DNA of 64,000 nt from Dehalococcoidia bacterium (lineage in GTDB: Bacteria; Chloroflexota; Dehalococcoidia; Bin125), in assembly GCA_963663895.2 (NCBI GenBank), contig CAXXRD010000001.1, forward strand, positions 576,001 to 640,000, in the 5' to 3' direction. Under the pieces are notes generated by a model. It saw only the letters and a program-made list of their open reading frames with translations, was not told the origin of the DNA and searched no databases. The stretch's first letter is position 1, and each line of letters starts with the position of its first letter. Positions 37,773-46,360 of the stretch are shown piece by piece. The translations under genes and the position numbers were made by a program.

Positions 37773-38473
37773 CCCCGCCGCTCACCCGCCCACTGATCGC
37801 CGAATTCTTCGGAACTTTCGGCTTGGTGTTCCTCGGCGCCGGCGCCGCCACCATTGATGCGCACACGGACGGATCGCTCGGACGCGTGGGGATCGGTGTC
37901 ACCTTCGGATTGGCCGTCGCGGCGATGATCCTCGCCTTCGGCCGCGTCAGCGGCGCCCATATCAATCCCGCCGTCACCCTCGGCCTGACGGCGGCAGGCC
38001 ACTTCCCCGTGCGTTCTCTCCCCCCCTACGTCATCGCGCAGCTCGCCGGAGCCCTGCTCGCCGCCGCCGCGCTCTGGGGATTGTTCCCGAGCCAACCCGG
38101 CCATCTCGGCGCGACACTCCCAACGGGCGATATCTGGCAATCGTTCGGGCTTGAGATCGTCCTGACCTTCGTGCTCATGTACGGAATCTTCGCCACGGCC
38201 GTCCAAGCAGGCGCTCCCCTCCCAGTGATCGCCGCGACCGCCGGCGGGATCGTCGGCCTCGAAGCCACCTTCGCCGGCGGTATCTCCGGCGCCTCGATGA
38301 ATCCCGCCCGCTCCTTCGGCCCCGCCGTCGCCGCCGCCGCCTGGGACGACCTCTGGATCTACTGGCTCGCTCCAGCACTCGGCGCCCTGGTCGCCGTGCC
38401 GCTCCACCGCCTGCTCCGCCCGACGCCAGCGTCCACCGTATCCGTCAACCACGGCTCCGATCATCAATGCTAA
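37769..38473 (+). CDS. MIP family aquaporin/aquaglyceroporin (probable arsenite channel)
   Basis: AEFFGTF, SGAHINPAVT, GASMNPARSFGP; GTGA overlap with arsC. Confidence 0.92.
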   Translation: MTPPLTRPLIAEFFGTFGLVFLGAGAATIDAHTDGSLGRVGIGVTFGLAVAAMILAFGRVSGAHINPAVTLGLTAAGHFPVRSLPPYVIAQLAGALLAAAALWGLFPSQPGHLGATLPTGDIWQSFGLEIVLTFVLMYGIFATAVQAGAPLPVIAATAGGIVGLEATFAGGISGASMNPARSFGPAVAAAAWDDLWIYWLAPALGALVAVPLHRLLRPTPASTVSVNHGSDHQC

Positions 38474-38507
38474 CGGCCTCTTTACGCGCTTTTAGCCCAC
38501 GCTTAAA
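38469..38507 (+). promoter_or_regulatory. Four 11-bp-period direct repeats (Pho-box-like)
   Basis: GCTAAC(38469), CTTTAC(38480), TTTAGC(38491), CTTAAA(38502) in an AT-richer patch. Confidence 0.5.
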
Positions 38508-38578
38508 TCACCGACGGGCCATCCGGCATACCGTGAATGCACAAATAGCGCGCCGATGCATGCTCCAGAAAGGCCCTC

Positions 38579-38758
38579 TTGAAAACACTCTTCCGGCACC
38601 GCCCGCATCCACGCCGCCATGCCCCCCGTCGCTCCCATTGGTCCCCGCACATCATGAGCCAACTCACGGCGCTGTACGCCACCGCGCACCTCGACACCCT
38701 CGTCGGCACCCCGCACGACTTCAACCGCTGCAACTGCCCGCACTGTCGAAACGACTGA
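38579..38758 (+). CDS. Small (59 aa) His/Arg-rich protein with C-terminal CxCxxC motif
   Basis: AGAAAGG RBS, TTG start; MKTLFRHRPHPRRHAPRRSHWSPHIMSQLTALYATAHLDTLVGTPHDFNRCNCPHCRND; below the ORF-track length cutoff. Confidence 0.5.
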   Translation: MKTLFRHRPHPRRHAPRRSHWSPHIMSQLTALYATAHLDTLVGTPHDFNRCNCPHCRND

Positions 38759-38992
38759 GGCTCGCCACCGCAGTGCCCACTAGGCGCGGCCGGCTTCAAT
38801 CCCGCCTTGCGTCCTCATAACGGCTTCCCAATCCGTCCGCCGCAAGCGCCGACTCGGCCTGCCCTGCCAGCGGCCGCTTCCGTGGGTCGCGGGCCGGCGG
38901 CGGAGCCACCGCCGTGCTTCACCCCCGTGCCTCTCTCCGATCCGTCCAAGTCACCGCTCCCCCAATCCGTTCGGCAGGCTACGCTGCCCTCC

Positions 38993-40519
38993 GTGGAAGG
39001 CCGCATCGCCGTTATCGACATCGGTTCCAATTCCGGGCGCGTCGTCATCGTGCAGCCGGAAACCGGGGGGCATCTCGAAATCATTGACGAGCAGAGTGCT
39101 CCTCTGCGTCTCGCTCTCGAGGTCAGCCGCAGCGGAGAACTCAGCCCCGCCGCCATTGAGTGGACCCTGCACGCTCTCAAAGACTTCACGGCCGTCGCGC
39201 GCGGCGCGGGAGCGGTCCGCACCGTCGCCGTCGCGACCGCCGCCGTGCGCCGCGCCACGAACGGCGAGGCCTTCGTTCAGCGCCTTCGCGACGAACTCGA
39301 CTTAGACGTCACCCTCATCGACGCGCAAGAGGAAGCCCGCCTGGCCTTTCTCGGGGCGGTCTACGGCCTCCCGGCCGAGGACGGTTTCTTCGTCGACATC
39401 GGCGGCGGCAGTCTGCAGATCGTCCACTTTGCGAACCGCCAGCCCCTTGGCACCTGGTCCATCCCAATCGGCGCGCTCTTGCTCGCCGAGCGCTTCCTCA
39501 CGAGCGACCCGCCCACTACGAACGAACGGAAGGCCGCCGCCGATCATGTCAAGCAAGGGCTCGCCGAGGCGCGAATGCCCCCGCCCGACGGCGGCGCCCA
39601 AACCCTTGTGGGGACCGGCGGCACCATTCGCAACCTGGCCAAGATCGACCGGCGCCGGCGCGCCTATCCCATCGCCCGCCTCCACGGCTACCGCCTCCAA
39701 CGCCGCAATCTCCAGCGGATCGTCGCCAGCCTCGCAACGCAACCCCTCACGGATCGGGCCCAGACCCCAGGCTTGAACCCCACCCGCGCCGACTCGATCG
39801 TGGCCGGCGGCATCGCGCTTGACGCCGTGATGCGCTACCTGCGCACGGACCTGCTCACCGTCAGCGGCCAGGGCTTGCGCGAAGGGATCGCACGAGGGGC
39901 GGTCTTCGAGCATCTTCCCTCCGCCCACGCCGTCCGTGAAGCCTCGGTCGAGGCGCTCTGCCGCCGTTTCGCGGATGCCGACCGCGAGCGCGGCCAGCGG
40001 CGCGCGCAAGCCGCCAAGATCCTTCTCGATCACCTGCTCACCGACATCCCTTCTCCCATTGCCGAAGCCGTCCTCCTCGGGGCCCGCCTGCTCGACATCG
40101 GCAGCGTGATCGACTTCTACAACCGGCATAAGCTCACCGCTGAAATCGTCCTCCGCACGGACCTCAACGGCTTTTCGCACCGCGATCTCGCCCGCCTCGC
40201 CGCGGTGATCCGGATCGCAGAGAAGCCTGGGCTCAGCGCCAGCACCTATCGACCTCTGCTCGATCTGCGCGAAGACGAAACCCTGGAGCGGGCGGCGACT
40301 ATCCTGGCCCTAGCGGACGAGAGCGTGCGCCGCACGCCGCCAGCGCAACCGGTCCAGCTTGACTGCTGGAGCACCGGCCCGACCGTGCACCTGCGCTTCC
40401 CGGCGGGAGGAAATTGGCGCCCCGGAAAGATCGGCACGCGCTTCCTCCATGCCTTCGGACGCGCACTTGTGCTAGAAGAGTCCTTGGATGCCGCCAGCCG
40501 AGAGGGACACGAAACTTAA
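38993..40519 (+). CDS. ppx: Ppx/GppA exopolyphosphatase family protein with degenerate C-terminal HD domain
   Basis: IAVIDIGSNS, VATAAVR.A.NG, EEARL, DIGGGS, GTGGTIRNL, RADSI, GLREG; start uncertain (38927 or 38993). Confidence 0.92.
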   Translation: MEGRIAVIDIGSNSGRVVIVQPETGGHLEIIDEQSAPLRLALEVSRSGELSPAAIEWTLHALKDFTAVARGAGAVRTVAVATAAVRRATNGEAFVQRLRDELDLDVTLIDAQEEARLAFLGAVYGLPAEDGFFVDIGGGSLQIVHFANRQPLGTWSIPIGALLLAERFLTSDPPTTNERKAAADHVKQGLAEARMPPPDGGAQTLVGTGGTIRNLAKIDRRRRAYPIARLHGYRLQRRNLQRIVASLATQPLTDRAQTPGLNPTRADSIVAGGIALDAVMRYLRTDLLTVSGQGLREGIARGAVFEHLPSAHAVREASVEALCRRFADADRERGQRRAQAAKILLDHLLTDIPSPIAEAVLLGARLLDIGSVIDFYNRHKLTAEIVLRTDLNGFSHRDLARLAAVIRIAEKPGLSASTYRPLLDLREDETLERAATILALADESVRRTPPAQPVQLDCWSTGPTVHLRFPAGGNWRPGKIGTRFLHAFGRALVLEESLDAASREGHET

Positions 40520-40532
40520 TGGCGCAAGATTA

Positions 40533-41294
40533 ATGGTGCAAGACAACTTCCAGCGCGGAGAATCCGGCTTTCCCGGCCGCCTCATCGTCGTCGAAGGGAT
40601 CGACGGCTCCGGGAAAAGCACCCAGATCGACCTACTCCAGAAATGGCTCCAGAGTCGAGGCTATCTCACGATCTTCACGGAGTGGAACTCCTCTCCCATC
40701 GTCAGAGCCACGACGCGCCGCGGGAAGCGGCGCCACCTGCTGACTCCCCTGTCCTTCAGCTTGATCCACTCCGCCGACTTCGCCAGTCGCGTGCATGCCC
40801 AGGTTCTGCCCGCCCTGCAGGCCGGCGCCATCGTGCTCGCCGACCGCTACGTCTACACGGCGTTCGCGCGCGACGCCGCGCGCGGGGTCAGCCGCCCCTG
40901 GCTGCGCCGGCTCTACTCTTTCGCCGCCGACCCCACGCTCGCCTTCTATTTCGACGTCCCCCTCGAAGAAGCCATCCAGCGCATCGTCCAGTCCCGCGCC
41001 GCCATCAAGTACTACGAGGCCGGCATGGACATGAACCTGCACGAGGACCTCTTCGAGTCGTTCCGCATTTTCCAAGGGCAGATCCTGAACGAGTACGAGC
41101 ACCTCGTCGAGGAGTTCCATCTCATTCGGATCGACGCCACCGAGCCGCTCGTCGACCAGCAACAGCGCGTGCGCGAGATCGTCGAGCCGCACCTTCAAGG
41201 AGTCGCCCGCATCCCCGATCGCGATATGCACGACTTCCTCCGCCAAGTGGGGTTGCAGGGCCGCTATATCCGGGAAGCGCAGCCAGCTCCATGA
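40533..41294 (+). CDS. Thymidylate kinase-like P-loop kinase (first of tandem pair)
   Basis: LIVVEGIDGSGKSTQ, TEWNSS, LADRY..TAFARD, KYYEAGMD. Confidence 0.88.
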   Translation: MVQDNFQRGESGFPGRLIVVEGIDGSGKSTQIDLLQKWLQSRGYLTIFTEWNSSPIVRATTRRGKRRHLLTPLSFSLIHSADFASRVHAQVLPALQAGAIVLADRYVYTAFARDAARGVSRPWLRRLYSFAADPTLAFYFDVPLEEAIQRIVQSRAAIKYYEAGMDMNLHEDLFESFRIFQGQILNEYEHLVEEFHLIRIDATEPLVDQQQRVREIVEPHLQGVARIPDRDMHDFLRQVGLQGRYIREAQPAP

Positions 41295-42019
41295 CGCGCC
41301 TCGCCTTCTACGGTGACCCTCCTCCCAACGTCGAAGGGGCCGATCTCCCCGGCCGGCTCATCGTCCTCGAAGGGACGGACGGTGTCGGCCGCTCCACCCA
41401 TATCGCCCTGCTGAAGGAATGGCTCGAGGCCCACGGCCACGCCGTGATCGACACCGGCCTGCGCCGCTCCGATCTCGCCGGCCGCGGCATTGAGCGGGCC
41501 AAGCGAGGCAACACCCTGGACAGCCTCACCCTCAACCTCTTCTATGCAACCGATTTCCTCGACCGTCTCGAACACCAGATCATCCCCGCCCTCCGCGCCG
41601 GGATGGTCGCACTCGTGGACCGCTACATCTTCTCCCTGATCGTCCGCGCGGCCGTGCGCGGCGTGCCGCGCGACTGGATTCAAGATGTCTACGGCTTCGC
41701 CCTCATCCCGGACAAGGTCATCTACCTCGACATCGACATCGCCCAACTACAGCCGCGGGTCGTCGCCAGCCACGGATTCGATTACTGGGAATCCGGCCAG
41801 GACTACCTCCGCACCCCCGGCCTCTTTGACGGCTGGGTCACGTACCAAACCGCGCTGCTGGCGGAGTTCCGGCGGCTTGCGGATCAGCATGGCTTCACCG
41901 TCGTCAACGCGCGCGGCACCCTCGCCGAGGTCTTCCACGACCTCCAACACGAGGTTCGCCAAGTCGTCGAAGGGATGTCACGCCAGTCGGTCCTCCCCCC
42001 AGAACCGAACGACGCGTGA
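41291..42019 (+). CDS. Thymidylate kinase-like P-loop kinase (second of pair; Walker A K->R)
   Basis: LIVLEGTDGVGRSTH, LFYATDF.DRLE, VDRYIFS, FDYWESG; ATGA overlap. Confidence 0.88.
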   Translation: MTRLAFYGDPPPNVEGADLPGRLIVLEGTDGVGRSTHIALLKEWLEAHGHAVIDTGLRRSDLAGRGIERAKRGNTLDSLTLNLFYATDFLDRLEHQIIPALRAGMVALVDRYIFSLIVRAAVRGVPRDWIQDVYGFALIPDKVIYLDIDIAQLQPRVVASHGFDYWESGQDYLRTPGLFDGWVTYQTALLAEFRRLADQHGFTVVNARGTLAEVFHDLQHEVRQVVEGMSRQSVLPPEPNDA

Positions 42020-42053
42020 ACGGAGCCCGGCCACGCGCCACCCTCCACGAGTC

Positions 42054-42554
42054 CTAAGGTGCCAGTGCGCGCAGCACCCGAGGAGGGAGAAACTCCAAGA
42101 GTGCGCCGCGTCCCTCTGCCGGCGCGCCCCAGCACTGCACTCTTGCCACGCCGCCCTTCTTCCACTCCGCGGTCATTGCGCGCGCCGAGCCAGCGAGCAG
42201 ATACGCCAGCACCTCACTGAGCAACGGCTCATGTCCCACCACTCCCACGCTGCCTCGCCCGCGTTGCTCCGCGAGCACCCGCACAACACTGGCGGGATCC
42301 CCGATCGCCAATGCCTCGCAGGGCGTCGGCGGCGGCCAGCCCGCTTCGGCGTGCGCGATCTGCGCCGTCTCCCATGCCCGCTCATATGGACTCGAAAGGG
42401 AAACTTCCACCGCTGCCCCTAAGGCGCGCAAGCCCCGGGCCGCGGCTCGAAAGCGACGCCGTCCTCGATCCGTCAGCGGCCGGAGCGAATCATCCGGCCA
42501 GGCTTCCGCGTCGCGCTCGGCCGCGATGGCATGCCGGACCAAGTAGATCTCCAC
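42054..42554 (-). CDS. sixA: Phosphohistidine phosphatase SixA
   Basis: YLVRHA, RPLTDRG, SSPYERAWETA, VVGHEP, KKGG. Confidence 0.9.
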   Translation of the reverse strand: MEIYLVRHAIAAERDAEAWPDDSLRPLTDRGRRRFRAAARGLRALGAAVEVSLSSPYERAWETAQIAHAEAGWPPPTPCEALAIGDPASVVRVLAEQRGRGSVGVVGHEPLLSEVLAYLLAGSARAMTAEWKKGGVARVQCWGAPAEGRGALLEFLPPRVLRALAP

Positions 42555-42558
42555 GCGC

Positions 42559-44151
42559 TTAGGACTCCTGGAGTGCCGCCCGGAGCGTCCGCCACCGCTC
42601 CTCCCGCACCCGCGCATACGCCGACGGGAAAGCGAGACGCAGCTCCAGTATCTGCACCCGATATCGCTCCAGCACCTCGCCCATGGCGAGCACCGTCCGC
42701 GGCGGCAGCTCCGTACCTTCCTCCTCTGCGATCATCCGCAGCCGCCCTATCGCCACGGCAGCGTCTTGGTGCGCGCCCAGGACCTCTTGCAAGCGCCGCA
42801 GCGCCCGTGCCAGCCGCTTCGCCGCCCGGCCGTACTCGTCCGACATACACTCCAGGGCGTAGCGCAGTCGCTTCCCGCGGATCCGCAAGGCGTGATACGC
42901 GCTCGCAGGGGAATCCACAGCGATCGCGTCCCCTTGCCTGCGCACCGCGCGCAGATACGGGCGCAGCAAGCCCGGCAGCGCCTCACGCGCGGGCGTCAGC
43001 GCCGCCGCCGGCGCGCGCGCCGGCCCTTCTCGAACGAGATCCGTCATCCCCGCTCCGAGCCGCGCGTATCGCTCCGAGTTCAAGGCCTGCAGCATCCCCG
43101 CCCGCGCGACACGCCGCTCGGCTTCCAGTAACGGCCGGAGCGACTCGAAAGCCGCCCGTTCGTCGGCTTCCGCGGCCTCTTGCCACGCCTCCAACTGTTC
43201 CAGCTGCACATCCGTATCGCGTACCGCTCCCAACTCTGCGCCAAGCCAGCGCAGCTCCCGCCGCACAGCAGCGCTTTCACCCGGCAAGCACCGCTGAAAG
43301 AGACGCAACGCCGCGCGCAGGCGGCGCACCTGGACGCGCATGCGATGCAGCGCCTCAACGTCGTCGCCCAGACGCGTACCCGGCTCTTCCTCCAGCAGAG
43401 AGCGCCATTGCTCACGGAGAGCTGCGAATGCCACCTCTCCCACGGATCCCTCCGGCAGTCCCCGTCGGGGGGTCAGATCCCGGCCCACCAGCGGCCGCAG
43501 CCCGGCCAACGCCAACCCGAGCTCGTACTTCGACTGCGTCGCCGGCCGGATCGTGCAGTCCTCCTGCAGAGCGTCCACGAGAAGCCGCAGCGCTGCTTCA
43601 TGTCCCTCCGCCACCTCCACTTCCACCCGTTGCAGATGCCCGGATACGCGACGTCCTTTCACGAGCACCGCCGATGTGTCGAGCGCGATCTCCCCGGCAA
43701 CGGCGCCATTCGCCTCGACCGGGAGCGCTTGCCGCAGCATCCGGAGCTCGAACAAGGGCCGCAGGGAGCGCACGCCAAGTGCCCGCAGCCGCTCTCCCAC
43801 CGGGCCGGGGGCATCCAACAGCGTCCCCGGCTCCGCCGTCGTGACGCGTTCGCTGATCTCTACCCGACTCCTGAGCGCCCCGCTCGCCTCACCGAAGGAC
43901 TTCAACGTCGCCGTGATCCGTCCCTCGCTGCTACGCAGGCGCAACGCGTACCGGCTTCGGTACACCCGCCAATCGTCGCTGTCTAAATACAGGTCGCCGA
44001 TCTTCCGCTGGACCGGCGCCGCGGCGCGCAAGGGCGGCGGCAACGACGGCGACAGGCACCAGGCACGAACCGCGCTCAGGTCCGCCGCGTCGAATTGCCA
44101 CTCGACTTCGCGCTCGCCATCGTTTCGGATCCGCGGGGATACCTTCGTCAC
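42559..44151 (-). CDS. CYTH (triphosphate tunnel) + CHAD domain protein
   Basis: EREVEWQF, DLYLDS..ALRLR, IALD, VEVE, SKYELGL (CYTH); EALHRMRVQVRRLR, LGAVRDTDV, HALRIRGKRLRYALE, LQEVLGAHQD (CHAD). Confidence 0.93.
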   Translation of the reverse strand: MTKVSPRIRNDGEREVEWQFDAADLSAVRAWCLSPSLPPPLRAAAPVQRKIGDLYLDSDDWRVYRSRYALRLRSSEGRITATLKSFGEASGALRSRVEISERVTTAEPGTLLDAPGPVGERLRALGVRSLRPLFELRMLRQALPVEANGAVAGEIALDTSAVLVKGRRVSGHLQRVEVEVAEGHEAALRLLVDALQEDCTIRPATQSKYELGLALAGLRPLVGRDLTPRRGLPEGSVGEVAFAALREQWRSLLEEEPGTRLGDDVEALHRMRVQVRRLRAALRLFQRCLPGESAAVRRELRWLGAELGAVRDTDVQLEQLEAWQEAAEADERAAFESLRPLLEAERRVARAGMLQALNSERYARLGAGMTDLVREGPARAPAAALTPAREALPGLLRPYLRAVRRQGDAIAVDSPASAYHALRIRGKRLRYALECMSDEYGRAAKRLARALRRLQEVLGAHQDAAVAIGRLRMIAEEEGTELPPRTVLAMGEVLERYRVQILELRLAFPSAYARVREERWRTLRAALQES

Positions 44152-44287
44152 AAGACAGACAGCATAACGATCTTGTCGCTTGCCCGTGTCGCTCGTCCGC
44201 AGTCAACCGTTGATTGCCGGGAGATACAGCGACCGATCGAATCCGGCGGCTCGACCGAGAGACTCCACCTCGTTCGCCCGCAACGCC

Positions 44288-45031
44288 TCAGCCGTCGGCG
44301 GCCAGCACCTCGGCCTGTGCAAAGTCAGCTTGAGCCGCGTCCGCCTCGCCTAAGCGGTCGTGGATCTCACCGCGGGTCCGATAGGCCATCGCAAGGGCGG
44401 GATCCAGTCCGATCGCCTCGTTGGCGTCCGCAAGGGCTCGGGCAAGATCGTTCTTCGCAAGGTATGTCCTCGCACGCGCGACGAACGTCTCCGCGACATC
44501 ATTGTTCAGCAATATTGCGCGGTCAAAGTCGACAAGCGCGGCATCCATATCTCCGAGATCCAGATAGGCAAGCCCGCGAATCTGATGCACGACTGCCAGC
44601 ACAGCGAACGAACAGGGCGCGCGGTGAGGTGGCCCGTGGGCGATCCGAGGGCAGCGTGTGCCGACTGGCCCGATCGTGATCGCACGATCGGCATCCGCAA
44701 CCGCGCCCAGCGAATCCCCTTGGAGAAGGCGGATCTCGGCGCGGTTGCTGAAAGCAAACGGCAATCCGTCATCGGCCGCGATCGCACGATCGAAGTCCAC
44801 CAACGCCAACTCTATTCGATCCATCGATCGATAAAGCTCCCCGCGATCGTTATAGGCGAGCGCGAACTCGTCATTGCTGGCGATCGCATCGCTGAAGGCC
44901 ATGATCGCACCGGCGAAGTCTCCTTGCTTGCGCAATTCCACCCCGCGTTCGTAGTCGGCCTGGCCTGGGGTACCGCAGCCCACGAACAGAACCGCGAGTC
45001 CAGCTATCACAACGAGCGGTATGCGTCGCAT
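44288..45031 (-). CDS. Tetratricopeptide repeat lipoprotein
   Basis: FVGC lipobox; repeated AY..RG..A..DFDRAI TPR units. Confidence 0.88.
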   Translation of the reverse strand: MRRIPLVVIAGLAVLFVGCGTPGQADYERGVELRKQGDFAGAIMAFSDAIASNDEFALAYNDRGELYRSMDRIELALVDFDRAIAADDGLPFAFSNRAEIRLLQGDSLGAVADADRAITIGPVGTRCPRIAHGPPHRAPCSFAVLAVVHQIRGLAYLDLGDMDAALVDFDRAILLNNDVAETFVARARTYLAKNDLARALADANEAIGLDPALAMAYRTRGEIHDRLGEADAAQADFAQAEVLAADG

Positions 45032-45322
45032 GGGGACCGCTTCCTTCGTCCCACACGCGGCCCGCGCGCGGACGGCTCATTCTACGAGATCGGGCTGCGG
45101 GTCCCGATACCGAGCGGTGTGTTCATCATGAGATGGACGCAGACCGGCGGACTCGTGAGGGCGGCCCGCACCTGCCGGAACGCATCCACAAAGGGCTGTC
45201 GCTGGTTCCAAACTCGTCTTCGCTCCACCGCCCGACGTTGCACCGTCCGCCATCGACCCGGATCAGAGCCAACAGCCGAGCCTGCTCCACTTACCGCGAG
45301 CCGGGACGGACCGGCGCGACGG

Positions 45323-45351
45323 TTAACTCTCCCTCCGAGACCTACTATCGT
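45323..45351 (+). promoter_or_regulatory. Sigma70-type promoter predicting a leaderless mRNA
   Basis: TTAACT-N17-TATCGT-N7-ATG(45359); no SD sequence. Confidence 0.6.
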
Positions 45352-45358
45352 GTGCGCC

Positions 45359-46348
45359 ATGGAACCGACCGAGGCCCAACTCGTCGAAATGTTCCGGCGG
45401 ATGGTGCGGATCCGGGAATTCGACGAGCGCGCCGGCCTGCTTTTGGAACGCGCGATCGTGCCCGGAGCCGTGCACCTCTACGTGGGGGAGGAGGCGGTCG
45501 CCGTGGGCGTCTGCGCGCACCTCAACGACGACGACTACATCACCTCCACACACCGCGGGCACGGCCACCTCATCGCCAAAGGCGGCGATCTCGGCAAGAT
45601 GTTCGCCGAGATATACGGCAAGGTCACGGGTTACTGCCACGGCAAAGGCGGATCGATGCACATGGCCGATCAGTCCCTGGGCATCTTGGGCGCGAACGGG
45701 ATCGTCGGCGCCGGTGGGCCGATCGCAGCGGGCGCAGGCTATACCTGCAAATTCCGCGATCAAGGGCAGGTGACCGTGTGCTTCTTCGGCGACGGCGCCG
45801 CCGCCGAAGGATCGATGCACGAGGCGGGCAACCTGGCGGCCGTCTTGAACTTGCCGGTCATCTTCGTCTGCGAGAACAACCTCTACGGCGAATTCGCTCG
45901 CGTTGACGAGCACCACGCGATCAGCGACATCGCCGACATGGCGACGGGATGGGGCATGGCCGGCGCAGTGGTCGACGGGATGGACGTGCTCGCCGTCTAC
46001 GAGGCGGCCGGCGAAGCCGTCGCCCGCGCCCGCCGGGGAGAGGGGCCCACCCTCCTGGAGTGCAAGACCTACCGCTTCTATGACCACCTCGGTCGCGATT
46101 ACGGACTCACCAAACGGCCCGAAGGCGAGATCGCGCACTGGAAGGCCCGCGATCCCATCATGCGTCTCGGCGCGGCTCTCGCGGATCGCGGCCTGATCAG
46201 CGCGGCCGATCAAGGGCGGATCGTGGAGGAGACACGCGCGGAGATCGAAGCGGCGATCGCGTTCGCGCAAGAGAGTCCGGAACCGGCGCCGAGCGCGCTC
46301 CTCGAGGATGTGTACGTGCCCGAGCCCGCCGGGACCACCAACGACTAG
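45359..46348 (+). CDS. TPP-dependent dehydrogenase E1 alpha (acetoin DH AcoA-like)
   Basis: GAVHLYVGEEA, THRGHGH, GKGGSMH, GDGA..ENN, TYRFYDH. Confidence 0.94.
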   Translation: MEPTEAQLVEMFRRMVRIREFDERAGLLLERAIVPGAVHLYVGEEAVAVGVCAHLNDDDYITSTHRGHGHLIAKGGDLGKMFAEIYGKVTGYCHGKGGSMHMADQSLGILGANGIVGAGGPIAAGAGYTCKFRDQGQVTVCFFGDGAAAEGSMHEAGNLAAVLNLPVIFVCENNLYGEFARVDEHHAISDIADMATGWGMAGAVVDGMDVLAVYEAAGEAVARARRGEGPTLLECKTYRFYDHLGRDYGLTKRPEGEIAHWKARDPIMRLGAALADRGLISAADQGRIVEETRAEIEAAIAFAQESPEPAPSALLEDVYVPEPAGTTND

Positions 46349-46360
46349 TGTAAAAACGTA

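Noticed and set aside
38807-38992. N-terminal extensions given by the ORF track (ppx; likewise 44360, 54089, 17097, 27844, 57860, 14032)
   Set aside because: Low-complexity extensions, often overlapping neighbouring genes; starts reassigned using family N-termini and RBS/-10 signals
40533-42019. Annotation as two canonical tmk genes
   Set aside because: Tandem divergent copies in a polyP context with an altered Walker A; gene symbol withheld
45082-45360. 92-aa minus-strand ORF or structured RNA between the TPR and E1 alpha genes
   Set aside because: No recognisable protein motif or RNA family; overlaps the predicted promoter
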